Below, in pieces: positions 27,381 through 39,435 of a stretch of DNA of 64,000 nt. Each line of letters starts with the position of its first letter. The stretch's first letter is position 1. The DNA comes from Octopus sinensis. Its lineage: Eukaryota. Position numbers and translations under genes: made by a program. The notes beneath the pieces were generated by a model, which was given only the letters and a program-made list of their open reading frames with translations, had not been told where the DNA came from and did not search any database. Where the stretch lies: contig NC_043006.1 of NCBI RefSeq assembly GCF_006345805.1, positions 78,368,001 to 78,432,000 of the forward strand, in the 5' to 3' direction.

Positions 27381-28915
27381 CTGTATTGGTAAGATATTAG
27401 AAGCAGAATTAGATGGACAAACATACACATACAAAGATAAAGAATTATATGGCAATACAAAGTTGGTAAGATTAAAAGTCAAATCATACTATAAAAACAG
27501 AATAAAAATGAATCTACCTCGGATCTCACTGTGTCTAGGAAAGAAATTAAATCATAATAAGGCATAAATGTAAAATAATAGATTTAAACTTCAGTTGTCT
27601 CGTATGTCTTGCGGGTGAGACCACACTATATAGAGTATCATCGTTAATTTTTTCAATCTCATTTTTTAACACTAAGTTCACTATTTAACACTAAATAGTA
27701 ATGTTGTTGTGACCCCACTTCGGTCATGAATGACCATGGGATTGCACCTAGAAAGTTACCCTCCGAGGCAAAAGTCTGGGCAAGGCTGTTTATGGAAGAT
27801 CAGCAGTTGCCCATGCATACCAGCCTCTCCTCTCCACGCCACCGATATGATCCAAAGGAAAGGCAAAGGCCGATACAGCTTGGCACCAGTGACGTCGCAG
27901 CTCATTTATTAACGTGTAAGTGGCTGAGCACTCCACAGACACGTGTACTCTTAACGTAGTTCTCGGGGTGATTCAGCGTGACACAGAGTGTGAGAAGGCT
28001 GGCCTCTTTAAAATACAGGTACAACAGAAACATGAAGAAAGAGTGAGAGAAAGTTGTGGTGAAAGAGTTCACCACCACCCCCTGCCGGCGCCTCGTGGAG
28101 CTTTAAATGTTTTTGCTAAATAAACACTCACAATGCCCGGTCTGAAAATCGAAACCGCGATCCTACGACCGCGTGTCCGCTGCCCTAACGACTGGGCAGC
28201 CTCCACACTAAATAGTAATAATGTTATAAGTAAATGCCACCATTTTTTTAATTCATATTTTAAGAGACTACTGTAATTGACAATTTGAACCGCCGTATAT
28301 CTAACACGGGAAAAATGCATTTCGTGATTCTCTCTTTCTTTGGCACCCTATGTTCCTCATCATATACTTTAAGGGATAATCTTGGTCTGTATGATGTAAG
28401 TTCAGGTCGAATTTTGGCATTGAACGTCCAGTTATTCGATTAAATGAACAACCTGCTCAATCACCTTCCGTGCGAATTGGATGATTATTACAAATACACG
28501 CATCTTGTATTTAATTCTTAGGTAGAATCAGCACGGCACAATATCTGACTCGGCCAGGTGGATCTAGAAAGTTCAGGTACGACCCATTCAATGGACTCCC
28601 ATACAATTTATTCATTCAGATATGCCTGCTTATACCGACATTATGTAACAGATGGATGTACATACATAGTAAAATCTTACTAACAAGCTCTCATATGTGC
28701 AACATGGACTAAAAGCTTCTTAAGAAAATACGAAATTGCAATTTTTTCACCAATTTCGATGTCATGATCAGCGGCACACGAAACCGGTAGGATATGATAA
28801 TATTCTATCCTTTAAAATATGTTAAACCTATAAAAACTGTGTGCAGTTTTCCTTCTTTTATTATATATTTTTACACTACAACTCACCACGTGGGGAATAT
28901 TTCTTCAACGAAATT

Positions 28916-28952
<37 letters not shown>

Positions 28953-29177
28953 CAAATTAGAGATGAAACCACTATTAGGCAAATCAAACAATGAAAAACT
29001 TAAGCCAATACATAAAATTAATTAATTTATATTATTTTAAATATATATCAAAAGTATTAAAAGTTTAATAAAAGATAATGAGTAAAACTCTACGATCGTT
29101 TCATGGCTGTCCAATTCGTAATAATTCGAGTTATGGTTACAGTCAATCTTCAGGTAATTGAAATATTTACCTTAATA

Positions 29178-29599
29178 TACTCTTTACTCTTACTCTCTTT
29201 TACTTGTTTCAGTCCTTTGACTGCGGCCATGCTGGAGCACCGCCTTTAGTCGAGCGACTCGACCCGGGGACTTATTCTTTTTTTTTTTGTAAGCCCAGTA
29301 CTTATGCTATCGGTCTCTTTTGCCGAACCGCTAAGTAACGGGGACATAAACACACCAGCATCGGTTGTCAAGCAATGCTAGGGGGACAAACACAGACACA
29401 CAAACAAACACACATACATATATATACACATATATACGACAGGCTTCTTTCAGTTTCCGTCTACCAAATCCACTCACAAGGCATTGGTCGGCCCGGGGCT
29501 ATAGCAGAAGACACTTGCCCAAGATGCCACGCAGTGGGACTGAACCCGGAACCATGTGGTTGGTTAGCAAGCTACTTACCACACAGCCACTCCTGCGCC
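29178..29599 (-). mobile_element. SINE family A, left member of a head-to-head pair
   Basis: Full length, tail at 29178. Confidence 0.9.
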
Positions 29600-29604
29600 T
29601 AATA

Positions 29605-29670
<66 letters not shown>

Positions 29671-29672
<2 letters not shown>

Positions 29673-29846
29673 CAGGAGTAGCTGTGTGGTAAGTAGCTTG
29701 CTTACTAACCACATGCTTGAGTCCCACTGCGTGGCACCTTGCCTTGTACTATATCTAGTATCTTCTACTATAGGCTCGGGCCGACCAAAGCCTTGTGAGT
29801 GGATTTGGCAGAAGGAAAGTGTGAGAAGCCTGTTGTATGTGTGTGT

Positions 29847-29889
<43 letters not shown>

Positions 29890-30120
29890 AGCGTGCGTTT
29901 GTGTGAGTGTGTGTGAATTTGTGTGTCTGTGTTTGTCCCTCACCATCACTTGACAACCAATGTCGGTGTGTTCACATCCTTGTAACTTAGCGGTTCGAAA
30001 AAAAAAGTTGCCAACAGAATAAGTACTACGCTTACAAATAATAAGTCTTGGTATCGAATTGTTCGACTAAAGCGGTGCTCCAGCATGGCCGTAGTCAAAT
30101 GACTGAAGCAAGTAAAAGAA
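29671..30120 (+). mobile_element. SINE family A, right member of a head-to-head pair
   Basis: Full length; separated from its partner by a (TA)n spacer. Confidence 0.9.
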
Positions 30121-31417
30121 CGAAAGAATATATATATATACACACACAGAGAGAGGCTCAAAGAATTGTTAGTGGTCTAGAGAAGAAAGGTCATCATCAA
30201 TAGTCCGTTTTTTATTTTTAGAGTATATAAGACAAATGAAAAGAAGGATGTATTATATCATCAGACCATAGTCTGAGACCAAATGCTTGCAACAACATAG
30301 ACAGCTAAGAGCCAAATAGTGATGTTAAGCAATCTGACGTAGAAAGTCTATTTGAAAATACACAGTCAGGACAATAAACAGAGAAGTAAAACGTCAACGT
30401 TTGTTTCGACATGTATTCACTTCGGTCACAAGAACTGCGAACTCCTTGACCTATTATCTAAGGGATGAATAACCTACACATGCGTGTATCCCTAACGCAA
30501 CATTCACCAATAGAATTCACTGGACGGGCTGTTAAATATATTCTGCTTACCTAATTTCAATCACAGGGGTTGGATTGAACAGACTATGTTATAAGACACG
30601 CCTAAGAGGCCACGCAGGGTCATCGAATCTAGAACCCAATCTGGACTTATGAATATATCAACGAATACGACACCTGATGACGTTCGGAGATCATGCTTAT
30701 CGAAATGCAGTGCAGTTAAAAATGTTTTCTAAAAATTGTTTCGTCATGAGAAAGGGAAGTTGCTGTCCATCTGTGACTGGTGAGATTGATGGCTTTCAGC
30801 TAAAACGTCAGGAAAAAGTTATGCACTGAGATGGGAAAACCTAAACGGCTGATGTTCAAAGGAAGAAAGGACGTCTGTCCCGAAAACAATTCAACTTTAC
30901 TCTTTTCCCCACAATGAATCAATTTTTAAAATTGTTTTTTGTGTTTTAAGTATCAAGTTGTATAGGTTGTTGCCATTATTTTAATGATATTCATTTTAAT
31001 AATCGCAGATACTGAATGGGAAAATTGCAGCAAAAGCTGTAATCGCTTCCACTTACTTGATCAAATTATTTTTTACTCGTAATAACGCTATAATCGCATT
31101 GTCAATGAAGAAGAAAGATTGTATTGTTTGATATATCAGCCAACTTTCGCAAATGTCTGATAACGAGAAACAATATTGAATAATGCAACCTTTTATTTTG
31201 CCTTTTTAACTTACTACAAGGCTGCTGCTATACTAGGGCGTCACCTTGAGAGCTTGGTGTTTAATCTATCGGGACTCTAGTGTCGAATCGCTAAGTTACG
31301 GGAACGTAATCAAAGCAAACACTGTGAAGTGGTGGAATGAGAGAAACCAAAGACACACGCACACGCACACATACACACACACACACACACATACACACAC
31401 ATACACACACGTATATA

Positions 31418-32580
31418 TCAGGTCATCAAGAACGAAATGTCCGATTTTGAACTGAAAGTCTATTTTACAAAAAGCAATGCAGTTAATCAAAGTATGCGCC
31501 TAAATTATCAACACAATTTTGCCATTTTCTCTTTATCTTATTTATGCTGGCAGCGAAGAATTCTGGAGAGCATATGATGATGAAATTACGAAAGGTTGTT
31601 TTTCCATCTTCAGATTTGAAGAATTTGAAGATTTTTCCTTGCAAAAAGTTGTCTAATGCCTAGAAAATGTGACAGTCAGTTGGTGCAAGGACTGGTGAAT
31701 ATGGTGTATGACAGAGTACTTCCAAGTTCAGTTCCAGTAACTTGAGTAGCGTTCTTTTCGCAATATGTGGTCAAGCATTGTCTCACAAGAGAATTGGCCT
31801 GTCTCTATTGACCAATCCCAGTTGTTTAATTACAAGTTTACTCATCATTTCATCGAATTGGTTGATGTATACATCCGCTGTAATTGACTTAACAGGTTTC
31901 ATGAAGATGTAGTAGATGACACCAGCGGTAGACCACCAAACAGATACCATCATCATTTTTTATGAATATTTTATTTGGATTGTGTTTTGGTACTTCGTAC
32001 TTTTGGTACTTTGGTACCACCAAGCAGAACGCTTGCTATTGTTGAAAAGATTCTATTTTTCATCCACTTAACAATACAATGCAAAAATGGTTCGCTTTTA
32101 TGCCATAACAGCAAAGAATAGCAAGTTTCAAGACGACATGTCAACTGATGCTCGTCCAGTTTGTGTGGTACCCACTTGTCCAGCTTCTTTACCTTTCAGA
32201 TTTCTTTCAGATTTTCCAATACAGTTAGAATCGAAACATCAAACCTTGCTGCTAACTCACGCGTAGTTTGAGATGTATCTGCTTCCACTACAGTTTCCAG
32301 CTCATCATTATCCCCCATTGTTTTAGATCTACCACTGGGCTAATTTTCAAGAGTAAAATCACCAGACCGGAACTTCTCAAACCATCGACGTGGAGTACAC
32401 TCATTCGCCAAATCTTCACCAAGCACGTCATTGATGTTCTGAGCTGTTTGGGATGCATTGGTTCCACGACGAAACTCATATTCATAAACAACACGAATTT
32501 TTTTTTATCTATCTATGGGTTCACAAAATTTGATGTACAAGAGAAAGCCCACAATATAATCAAACACTATGAATTGCATT
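31418..32580 (-). mobile_element. mariner (Hsmar1/cecropia-like) with full-length but degenerate transposase
   Basis: 31483-32512 reads DKKKIRVVYEYEFRRGTNA...WVPHKL...DNA*PH...HTPYSPVLAPTDCHIF with several stops; TIR-like TCAGGTCATCAAGAACGAAATGTCCG after TA. Confidence 0.9.
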
Positions 32581-33936
32581 CCAAATGGTTTCCGTCTAAC
32601 AAATTCACTCACGAAGCATTGGTTAATCCGGAACTTTAGTAGAAGATACTTGTCTAAGGTGCCATGCAGTGAAAATGAACACGAAGCAGCCACGTGGTTG
32701 CAAAACCAACTTCTTAAACACATAGTTATGCTTACACTTTATCGGGAGAAAAAATGGATATTCACAATTGGAGCAGCTTTACTTCTAAATCTGTTCGATA
32801 TTATTTGGACCGATGCAAAACAGCTACAATAAGCATTACAACGAAGACCTTAAGTAACTAGTATCGAAAAGCAGGCTATGCAAGTTGTTAAATATTTCAG
32901 CATTTTAGGGGACATAACTCTACATGTTTGACACTTAGAGTCACTTCCCTTAGTCTTCAGATCTGAATTCTTTTATAAACATTTTATTTTTCTCCGACTC
33001 GTAATACGAAAAAATTCTGTTTTCTCCTCAACGTATGATTTATGGTTGTGAACGTAATTTATTTTTTTATTGTTATACAGAGTAGTAATATTATATTAGC
33101 TGACGCATTAAATCAGAATTACACAGAATTTACTATGGTTTGTGTTTGCACATGGGTCGAAAAGTTTTGTGAGTTTAGAGAATATTTTCTTTTCTCATTC
33201 ATTCATTCATTTACTCAGTCAGTCTCCCTTTCTTCCTTTTCCACATTTTCCTATTTCTACTACACGGAGCGCTTCAATTTTCTTTTTTCCATGAAGCGTG
33301 CAAAAAATAATAATAATCCTTCCTACTAAAGGCACAAGGCCGGAAATTTGGAGAAAGAGGACTTGTCGATTACATCGCCCTCATTCTTTCACTTGTACTT
33401 AATTTACTGACCCCGAAAGGATAAAAGGCAAAGTCGACCTCGGCGAAATTCGAGGACAGAACGTGACGACGGACGAAATACTGTTAAGCATCTTGCCCGG
33501 CGTACTAACAATTCTGCCAACTGGCTACCTTGATGATTCAAACGAGTTACTCTGATGCTTATTTAACCACGAATGTAGAAATATGATAGTAGCTTTCTGA
33601 TGTATTGATTGGAGCCTTCGATCTAGGTTAGAAACCGGCTCTTTCTATACCTTGAAATAAATTGAATAATGGCATACATACATGTATGCATGCAGCCATA
33701 CATACATACATAAATACATACATACATACATACATACATACATACATACATACATACATACATACATACATACATACATACATACATACATACATACATG
33801 TGTATATAATTTAGAGTGAAGGTTTCGTTGTGATGATAAAAAGAACATTGGAGGACATTAGCTAGTTTGTTCATTATGAGACAGACTGGGTAAGAATATA
33901 TATATATATATACATATATATATTACACGCATATAT

Positions 33937-33994
<58 letters not shown>

Positions 33995-34357
33995 CATATT
34001 ACACGCATTTTTTTCTCTCCTTGTTTCTCTCCTTGTAAATAAACGTTGAACACAATGAGAAACGAGACATACAACATAAAGAATAGTCCCCTTCTTCAGT
34101 TGTCCCTGTTTCATCTACTTAACGCTACGAAGGCAAGGACAAGACGCAACTTCGTTGAAACAGTCCTTCCCGCAAAGCAAATTATATAAAATTTGGAATT
34201 TTTGCGGAGGGTGAAAGTGGTAACGAGAACAGGACAATGAGAACAGTGATTGATTGATTGATTGATTGATTGATTAATTGATTATATGAAGGCAGTCCCT
34301 AATCACAATTCAGCTATTGGCAGGAATTAAAGTATTGTTAGTACATGAAATATTTAC

Positions 34358-34488
34358 CTCTTACATCAAGAGCTAAACCATTTGGCCAAGCTCCTTCTTT
34401 GAATTTGGCAATGACTTGTCGCTCTGAACCATCCATTCCACAGCGTTCAATTTTAGGATCTGATCCCCAGTCTGACCAATATATTCTC
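34358..34488 (-). CDS. LRP-like gene, exon 11
   Basis: (K)[43 protein letters not shown], the classic LRP YWxDWG..PKIER..MDG..R..WPNGL pattern. 131 nt, phase 2 to 1. Confidence 0.96.
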
Positions 34489-34608
34489 CTGAAATAGAGA
34501 AACAAGATAAATGCTGAACTCTTCACTCAAATATAAATTTTACATTATTTGATTCTCTGTCTGAAGAATTTCTAATATGATATTTCTTAAAAGAGTATCC
34601 AACATGTA

Positions 34609-35151
34609 TTAGGTTGTCCGGAAAGTTCGTGCCGATTTCTAGTAGCTTACCTTACGACTTATTTTAGAACATGGTTGAGTTCATAAAATAGGATTTGACT
34701 ACACCTCAATTTAGGGCACAGTTTAAGCTATCTTTTCATGGAAGAAGGTTTATGTTCCTATAACCTGTGTTAATTCTGTAACCCTTTAAAATGGAAGATA
34801 CAAAAGTTCATTTTCGGCACTTGATGCTTTGGGACGCCTGGGATGTGTTACCCCACCTTCCATATTCACCAGATATTGCTGCTTCGGATTTCCACTTATT
34901 CAGGTCTCTGCAGAATAGTTTTAATGGTAAAAATTTCAATTCCTTGGATGACGTAAAAAGATACCTTCATGAATTATTTGCCATGAAACCCCCTCAATTC
35001 TGGGAAGATGGTATTTTCATGTTAAAGGAAAGATGGAGATGCATTGTGCAACAAAATTGTTCGTATTTGGTTGATTATAAATGTAATGGCAAGTATTTCT
35101 TGACCGTTTTCTTTCCTTTAAAAATCGGCACGAACTTTCTAGACAACCCAA
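34609..35151 (+). mobile_element. Internally deleted mariner (543 bp)
   Basis: TIRs TTAGGTTGTCCGGAAAGTTCGTGCCGATTT / AAATCGGCACGAACTTTCTAGACAACCCAA with TA TSDs. The ORF joins the N-terminus MEDTKVHFRHLML to the C-terminus WDVLPHLPYSPDIAASDFHLF. Confidence 0.93.
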
Positions 35152-35434
35152 TACAATTCTGTCATTCCTATTAGCAAATGAAACATGCGTAATGGTGAAT
35201 AAATAATACAAAAAATGTGTATGTGTGTGTGTGCGTTTGTGGATACACCTGAAAGCGCATGTGCATATATGTGCGTGTGCATGTGTTTTTGTATATGTAT
35301 ATATATATATTTATATATAAATACATATAAACGCACACATATATATAGATACACTACATACGTATATATAGCTGTGTGTATGTCTGTATGTCTGACTGTT
35401 TATCTGTCTGTCTGTCTGTATATATATATATATG

Positions 35435-35466
<32 letters not shown>

Positions 35467-35922
35467 TGTATGTATGTATGTATTCATGTATTCATTTATG
35501 TATGTATATATGTATGTATGTATATACACACGTATGTATATTGTAGTAGAATAGCAATGTTTATAACCAGTCGTTAAATCTGAATATTCTTATAATTTAC
35601 AGCAAACCATCAAGTCAGTGCAGAACGTAATACCAATTAATAAATGAGAAATGGACATAGTCACTCTCATTTCCATACAGTAATTTTTGCTCACTTAAAG
35701 CCGTGCACACTGAGTTGAGGGCTTATACGACAACTCATACTTTCCTGAAAGTTATTTAAATGAAGCTGTTCTTTATTGTATGTATAATTTGATGTGTGTG
35801 AGAGAGAGGTCTGTGGTATAGAGACAGAAAGAGATGGAAAGATGTGTGCGTACAACGATATTTCCGTACCGGTTTCAACTTATTCAATTCATCATTCCTT
35901 ACAATATGTGAGGAGTACTTAC

Positions 35923-36094
35923 TTCTCAATGGGGCTAGCAATTACAGATCGAACTTTCTCCAGACCACTGTTGATCAACGTCTTATGGAAAGGATATGCA
36001 CTTAGGGTCATTACTCCGATTATCCTGATGCCAGCATCGCTATAAAACAATAATTGGTTCACATAATCGATTGCTAATCCATCAGCAATGGAAT
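35923..36094 (-). CDS. LRP-like gene, exon 10
   Basis: (D)SIADGLAIDYVNQLLFYSDAGIRIIGVMTLSAYPFHKTLINSGLEKVRSVIASPIE. 172 nt, phase 1 to 2, donor AA|GTAAGT. Confidence 0.93.
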
Positions 36095-37772
36095 CTGTAA
36101 TAAAGACGGAATCATACACTCGTAGATGCAATAAGTTCATAAATATAAGGATTTCTTTCAAATGGCAACAAAGTCAAATTCAGTTAGGGGAAAAAGTAAT
36201 GCGTGGCTATAGTCAATGGCTGCGATAGAGAACATATTACATGCATGTCAGCAATCACGCACTGCGAGATTTTAGTTGACAACACGATCAAAAAGAATTG
36301 TGGATTTCCGTCGTTCGACGACGAGGACCAGGTGGTTCGACCAACTGAATAAGCTGCTTCTGAATTAAAGTGTAATTTGCTGAGCACTCCACAGACACGT
36401 GTACCCTTACTGTAATTTACAGGCAGAATCAGCGTGACTCAGTGTGTAACTTTTGAATCACAGGTTTAATCCACCCGACATGATTCTATTGTTTCTGTGT
36501 GCCCAGATAAATTCATAAAATATGCCTCAACCCAAAGCTGTAGAAAATCATTTTGCCCAAGTTACCACGTTGTGGAATCGAACCCCAAAACCTGAGGTTG
36601 CAAAGCAAACTTCTGCATCATTCGGCCACACTGCACCTTCCAGAAAACCTTATTTCTTTATAATATTATGTCATAATACCTTAACCTATAAGTGTTTACT
36701 AAGACCTAAATCGCTTGTATACATATAAGTGATATTTCAGCAACAGGTTTCTTAAAGAAATTATAATATTGACAAGTCGGGCGATAAACATTCACCATCG
36801 CAAGAATATCGAATCTACTGCAGTATAATTGTGACATCCAGTTTTGTCTCTGGTTGTAAAACGTAAACATGTGCACTGTAGGACATTAGGACATGGACAT
36901 TGAATGAAAGAGGTATAAAAGTGATTATTGTAATTCATAATACTTTATTTTCATTTGACAAATCCATATATTTTAAAGAATTAAACAAGATATTAGACGT
37001 TCATCTCTTTCTTAATCATATGTAATGTGATGTAACTTTGAAACAAGAATCGACCAGCCTGTTGTAACACAATCATTTTTTTTATTTCTTACATAGGTAC
37101 CAAGACTTAAAACACTATATATCAAATGATTTAAATTCCTTATAATCAAAGAATATAAATTTTAACATGTCATGAAAGAAGATATATTTTAACATGTCAT
37201 CTTATGTTTATTATGGTGCACTACATAATTTCAAGAGACATCCACCTTGTACGGAGTAATTGTGCGTAATCCTTTCAACATGGAATCAGCTCTTCTGCAA
37301 TAGCCATCACCTGTATCCCGTAATTAGACTCATAATAGACATCTGGTGTGAAAAAAGCAGCTCTGTTACAGATGTATTTAAAACACTATCTGATAATCTA
37401 ACAGTGCTGCCGATACTAACAGGACATATTTAGTCTTGTTCTATGTTACTTGCTTACAGTTTGAGGTGATGAATCATTCGGGAACTGTTTAACCACGAAC
37501 ACAAAATTAAACCTTCATACATCGACTTGGAAAATACCTTTCTGCTATTACTAATAAATATGATACCACTATTTTTGCTTCTACATAGAGTTTATAAACG
37601 CTGTGTACATGCTGACTAATATTCACACAAGCATATTTAAGACCACATATATGAAAGTATTAACCAAGACAGAATAATTAATTTTCGTCTTAAATACAGG
37701 TCCACATAATTCAGCTGTCCAGTTAAACTCCTTCCCCATCTACGTCTATTAAAAGACAAATAAAAACAAAAA

Positions 37773-37980
37773 ACGCCGTTTTGAAGTGTCGTCTTCCCTT
37801 CTTTTACGCAACAAGAACGACCCGTTTCTCCAACGTGTTGTGACTTGCGATGAAAAGTAGATTCTTTACGACAACCAGCAACGCTCAGCTCAGTCGCTGG
37901 TCACTGACGAAGTTCTACGGCACTTCCCGAAGCCAAAGTTGCAACAAAAGAAGGTCATGGTGACTGTTTGATGGTCAATG
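37773..37980 (+). mobile_element. mariner transposase fragment
   Basis: RRFEVSSSLLLRNKNDPFLQRVVTCDEK*ILYDN...PKPKLQQKKVMVTV. Confidence 0.8.
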
Positions 37981-38206
37981 TTTCTCTTACGTTTAAACTA
38001 CTATGATTTCTGAGAATTTGAGCTTTCTGCTCGGACGGTTTATTCATGCCGTAAACATTTAAGTTACAATGTTTCAACTCAGAAACGTTTTATATGACCA
38101 TCTCTTTCTACCCAGGAAATATGTAGATGTAAACTTTATAAAAAGATGGGGAAAAAACACTGACATAACCACGCTGAATAAAAGAAAATTATTTTTTACT
38201 GCTTAC

Positions 38207-38560
38207 CGTCCGTTAATTGTTTCACCAATGTCTCGTGTACACCGTTGATCTCGGCCTTTTTGATTGATTTATGAGCGACATCAGTCCAATAAATTATCCG
38301 TCGAACTGGATCATAATCAACGGCAAGAGGACGGAAATGATCTCGTACATCTAAAGCTTGTACTTTGCCGGTAATCATACTAATTTGAAAAATTTGCTTC
38401 CGGTAGCTATCGGTGACTAAAAGGAAGTTGTCTGTAGCTAAATCTGTAGCACAGATTTTCTTATTTTCGCCAATCTGGTAGCCAAGTCCACACCGACAGG
38501 TATAAGATTTTTCTCCTTTCGGTAGGCAAAGATGTTTACAGCTTCCGTCTGCGCATGCCG
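38207..38560 (-). CDS. LRP-like gene, exon 9 (EGF plus first blades of third propeller)
   Basis: (T)ACADGSCKHLCLPKGEKSYTCRCGLGYQIGENKKICATD...LAVDYDPVRRIIYWTDVAHKSIKKAEINGVHETLVKQLTD. 354 nt, phase 1-1, donor G|GTAAGC. Confidence 0.96.
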
Positions 38561-38657
38561 CTGCAAGAAAAGAAGCACAATACATAAACATTTTCTATCT
38601 ATAAGTGTAATTCACATTATCTGACATTTTTGGTGTATATATGTACACACACACAAA

Positions 38658-38715
<58 letters not shown>

Positions 38716-38905
38716 ATAAATATTAGGGAATATATCCAAATTACAGGGAAAAAAAAAATCAGATTTAGGATTAAATCCAATTTATAGTAAAATATTATAA
38801 AATATTATTTGAGACAAAACCACTATTTTGCAAAATTATTAAATTTTATGTATTGATTAAGTCTTTCCTTGTTTGTTTTGCAAAATAGTGGTTTTGTCTC
38901 AAATA

Positions 38906-38972
<67 letters not shown>

Positions 38973-38996
38973 GCATATACATATATACATATATAT

Positions 38997-39055
<59 letters not shown>

Positions 39056-39150
39056 CATATACATATATACATATACACATATATATATACATATATATAC
39101 ATATATATATATATATGCATATACATATATACATATAAATATATACATAC

Positions 39151-39199
<49 letters not shown>

Positions 39200-39203
<4 letters not shown>

Positions 39204-39398
39204 GGGAGAGTTTACGAAAAAAAACAAAAGACGAAGACAGGTGGTGTACAAAACAGATTTATTAGTATAACGCTCAGGAATAGAAAAAGTCTTTTACGTT
39301 TCGAGCCTACGCTCTTCTACAGAAAGGGACACAGAAAAAAACAAGGAGAGAAAGGAGAGAAAAAAATGTGTGTAGTGGCTAACGATCTATCATGGCGA

Positions 39399-39400
<2 letters not shown>
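39200..39400 (-). mobile_element. Penelope-like terminal-repeat fragment
   Basis: GAAGAGC..GCTCGAAACGT motif, flanked by (TA)n. Relatives at 17240-17420, 18330-18500, 28930-29160, 33985-34245, 47880-48045 and 62261-62420. Confidence 0.5.

Positions 39401-39431
<31 letters not shown>

Positions 39432-39435
<4 letters not shown>

Noticed and set aside
32795-32825. Plus-strand IIWTDAKQ resembling a YWTD blade
   Set aside because: It is on the wrong strand for the gene and lacks surrounding blade residues and splice signals.
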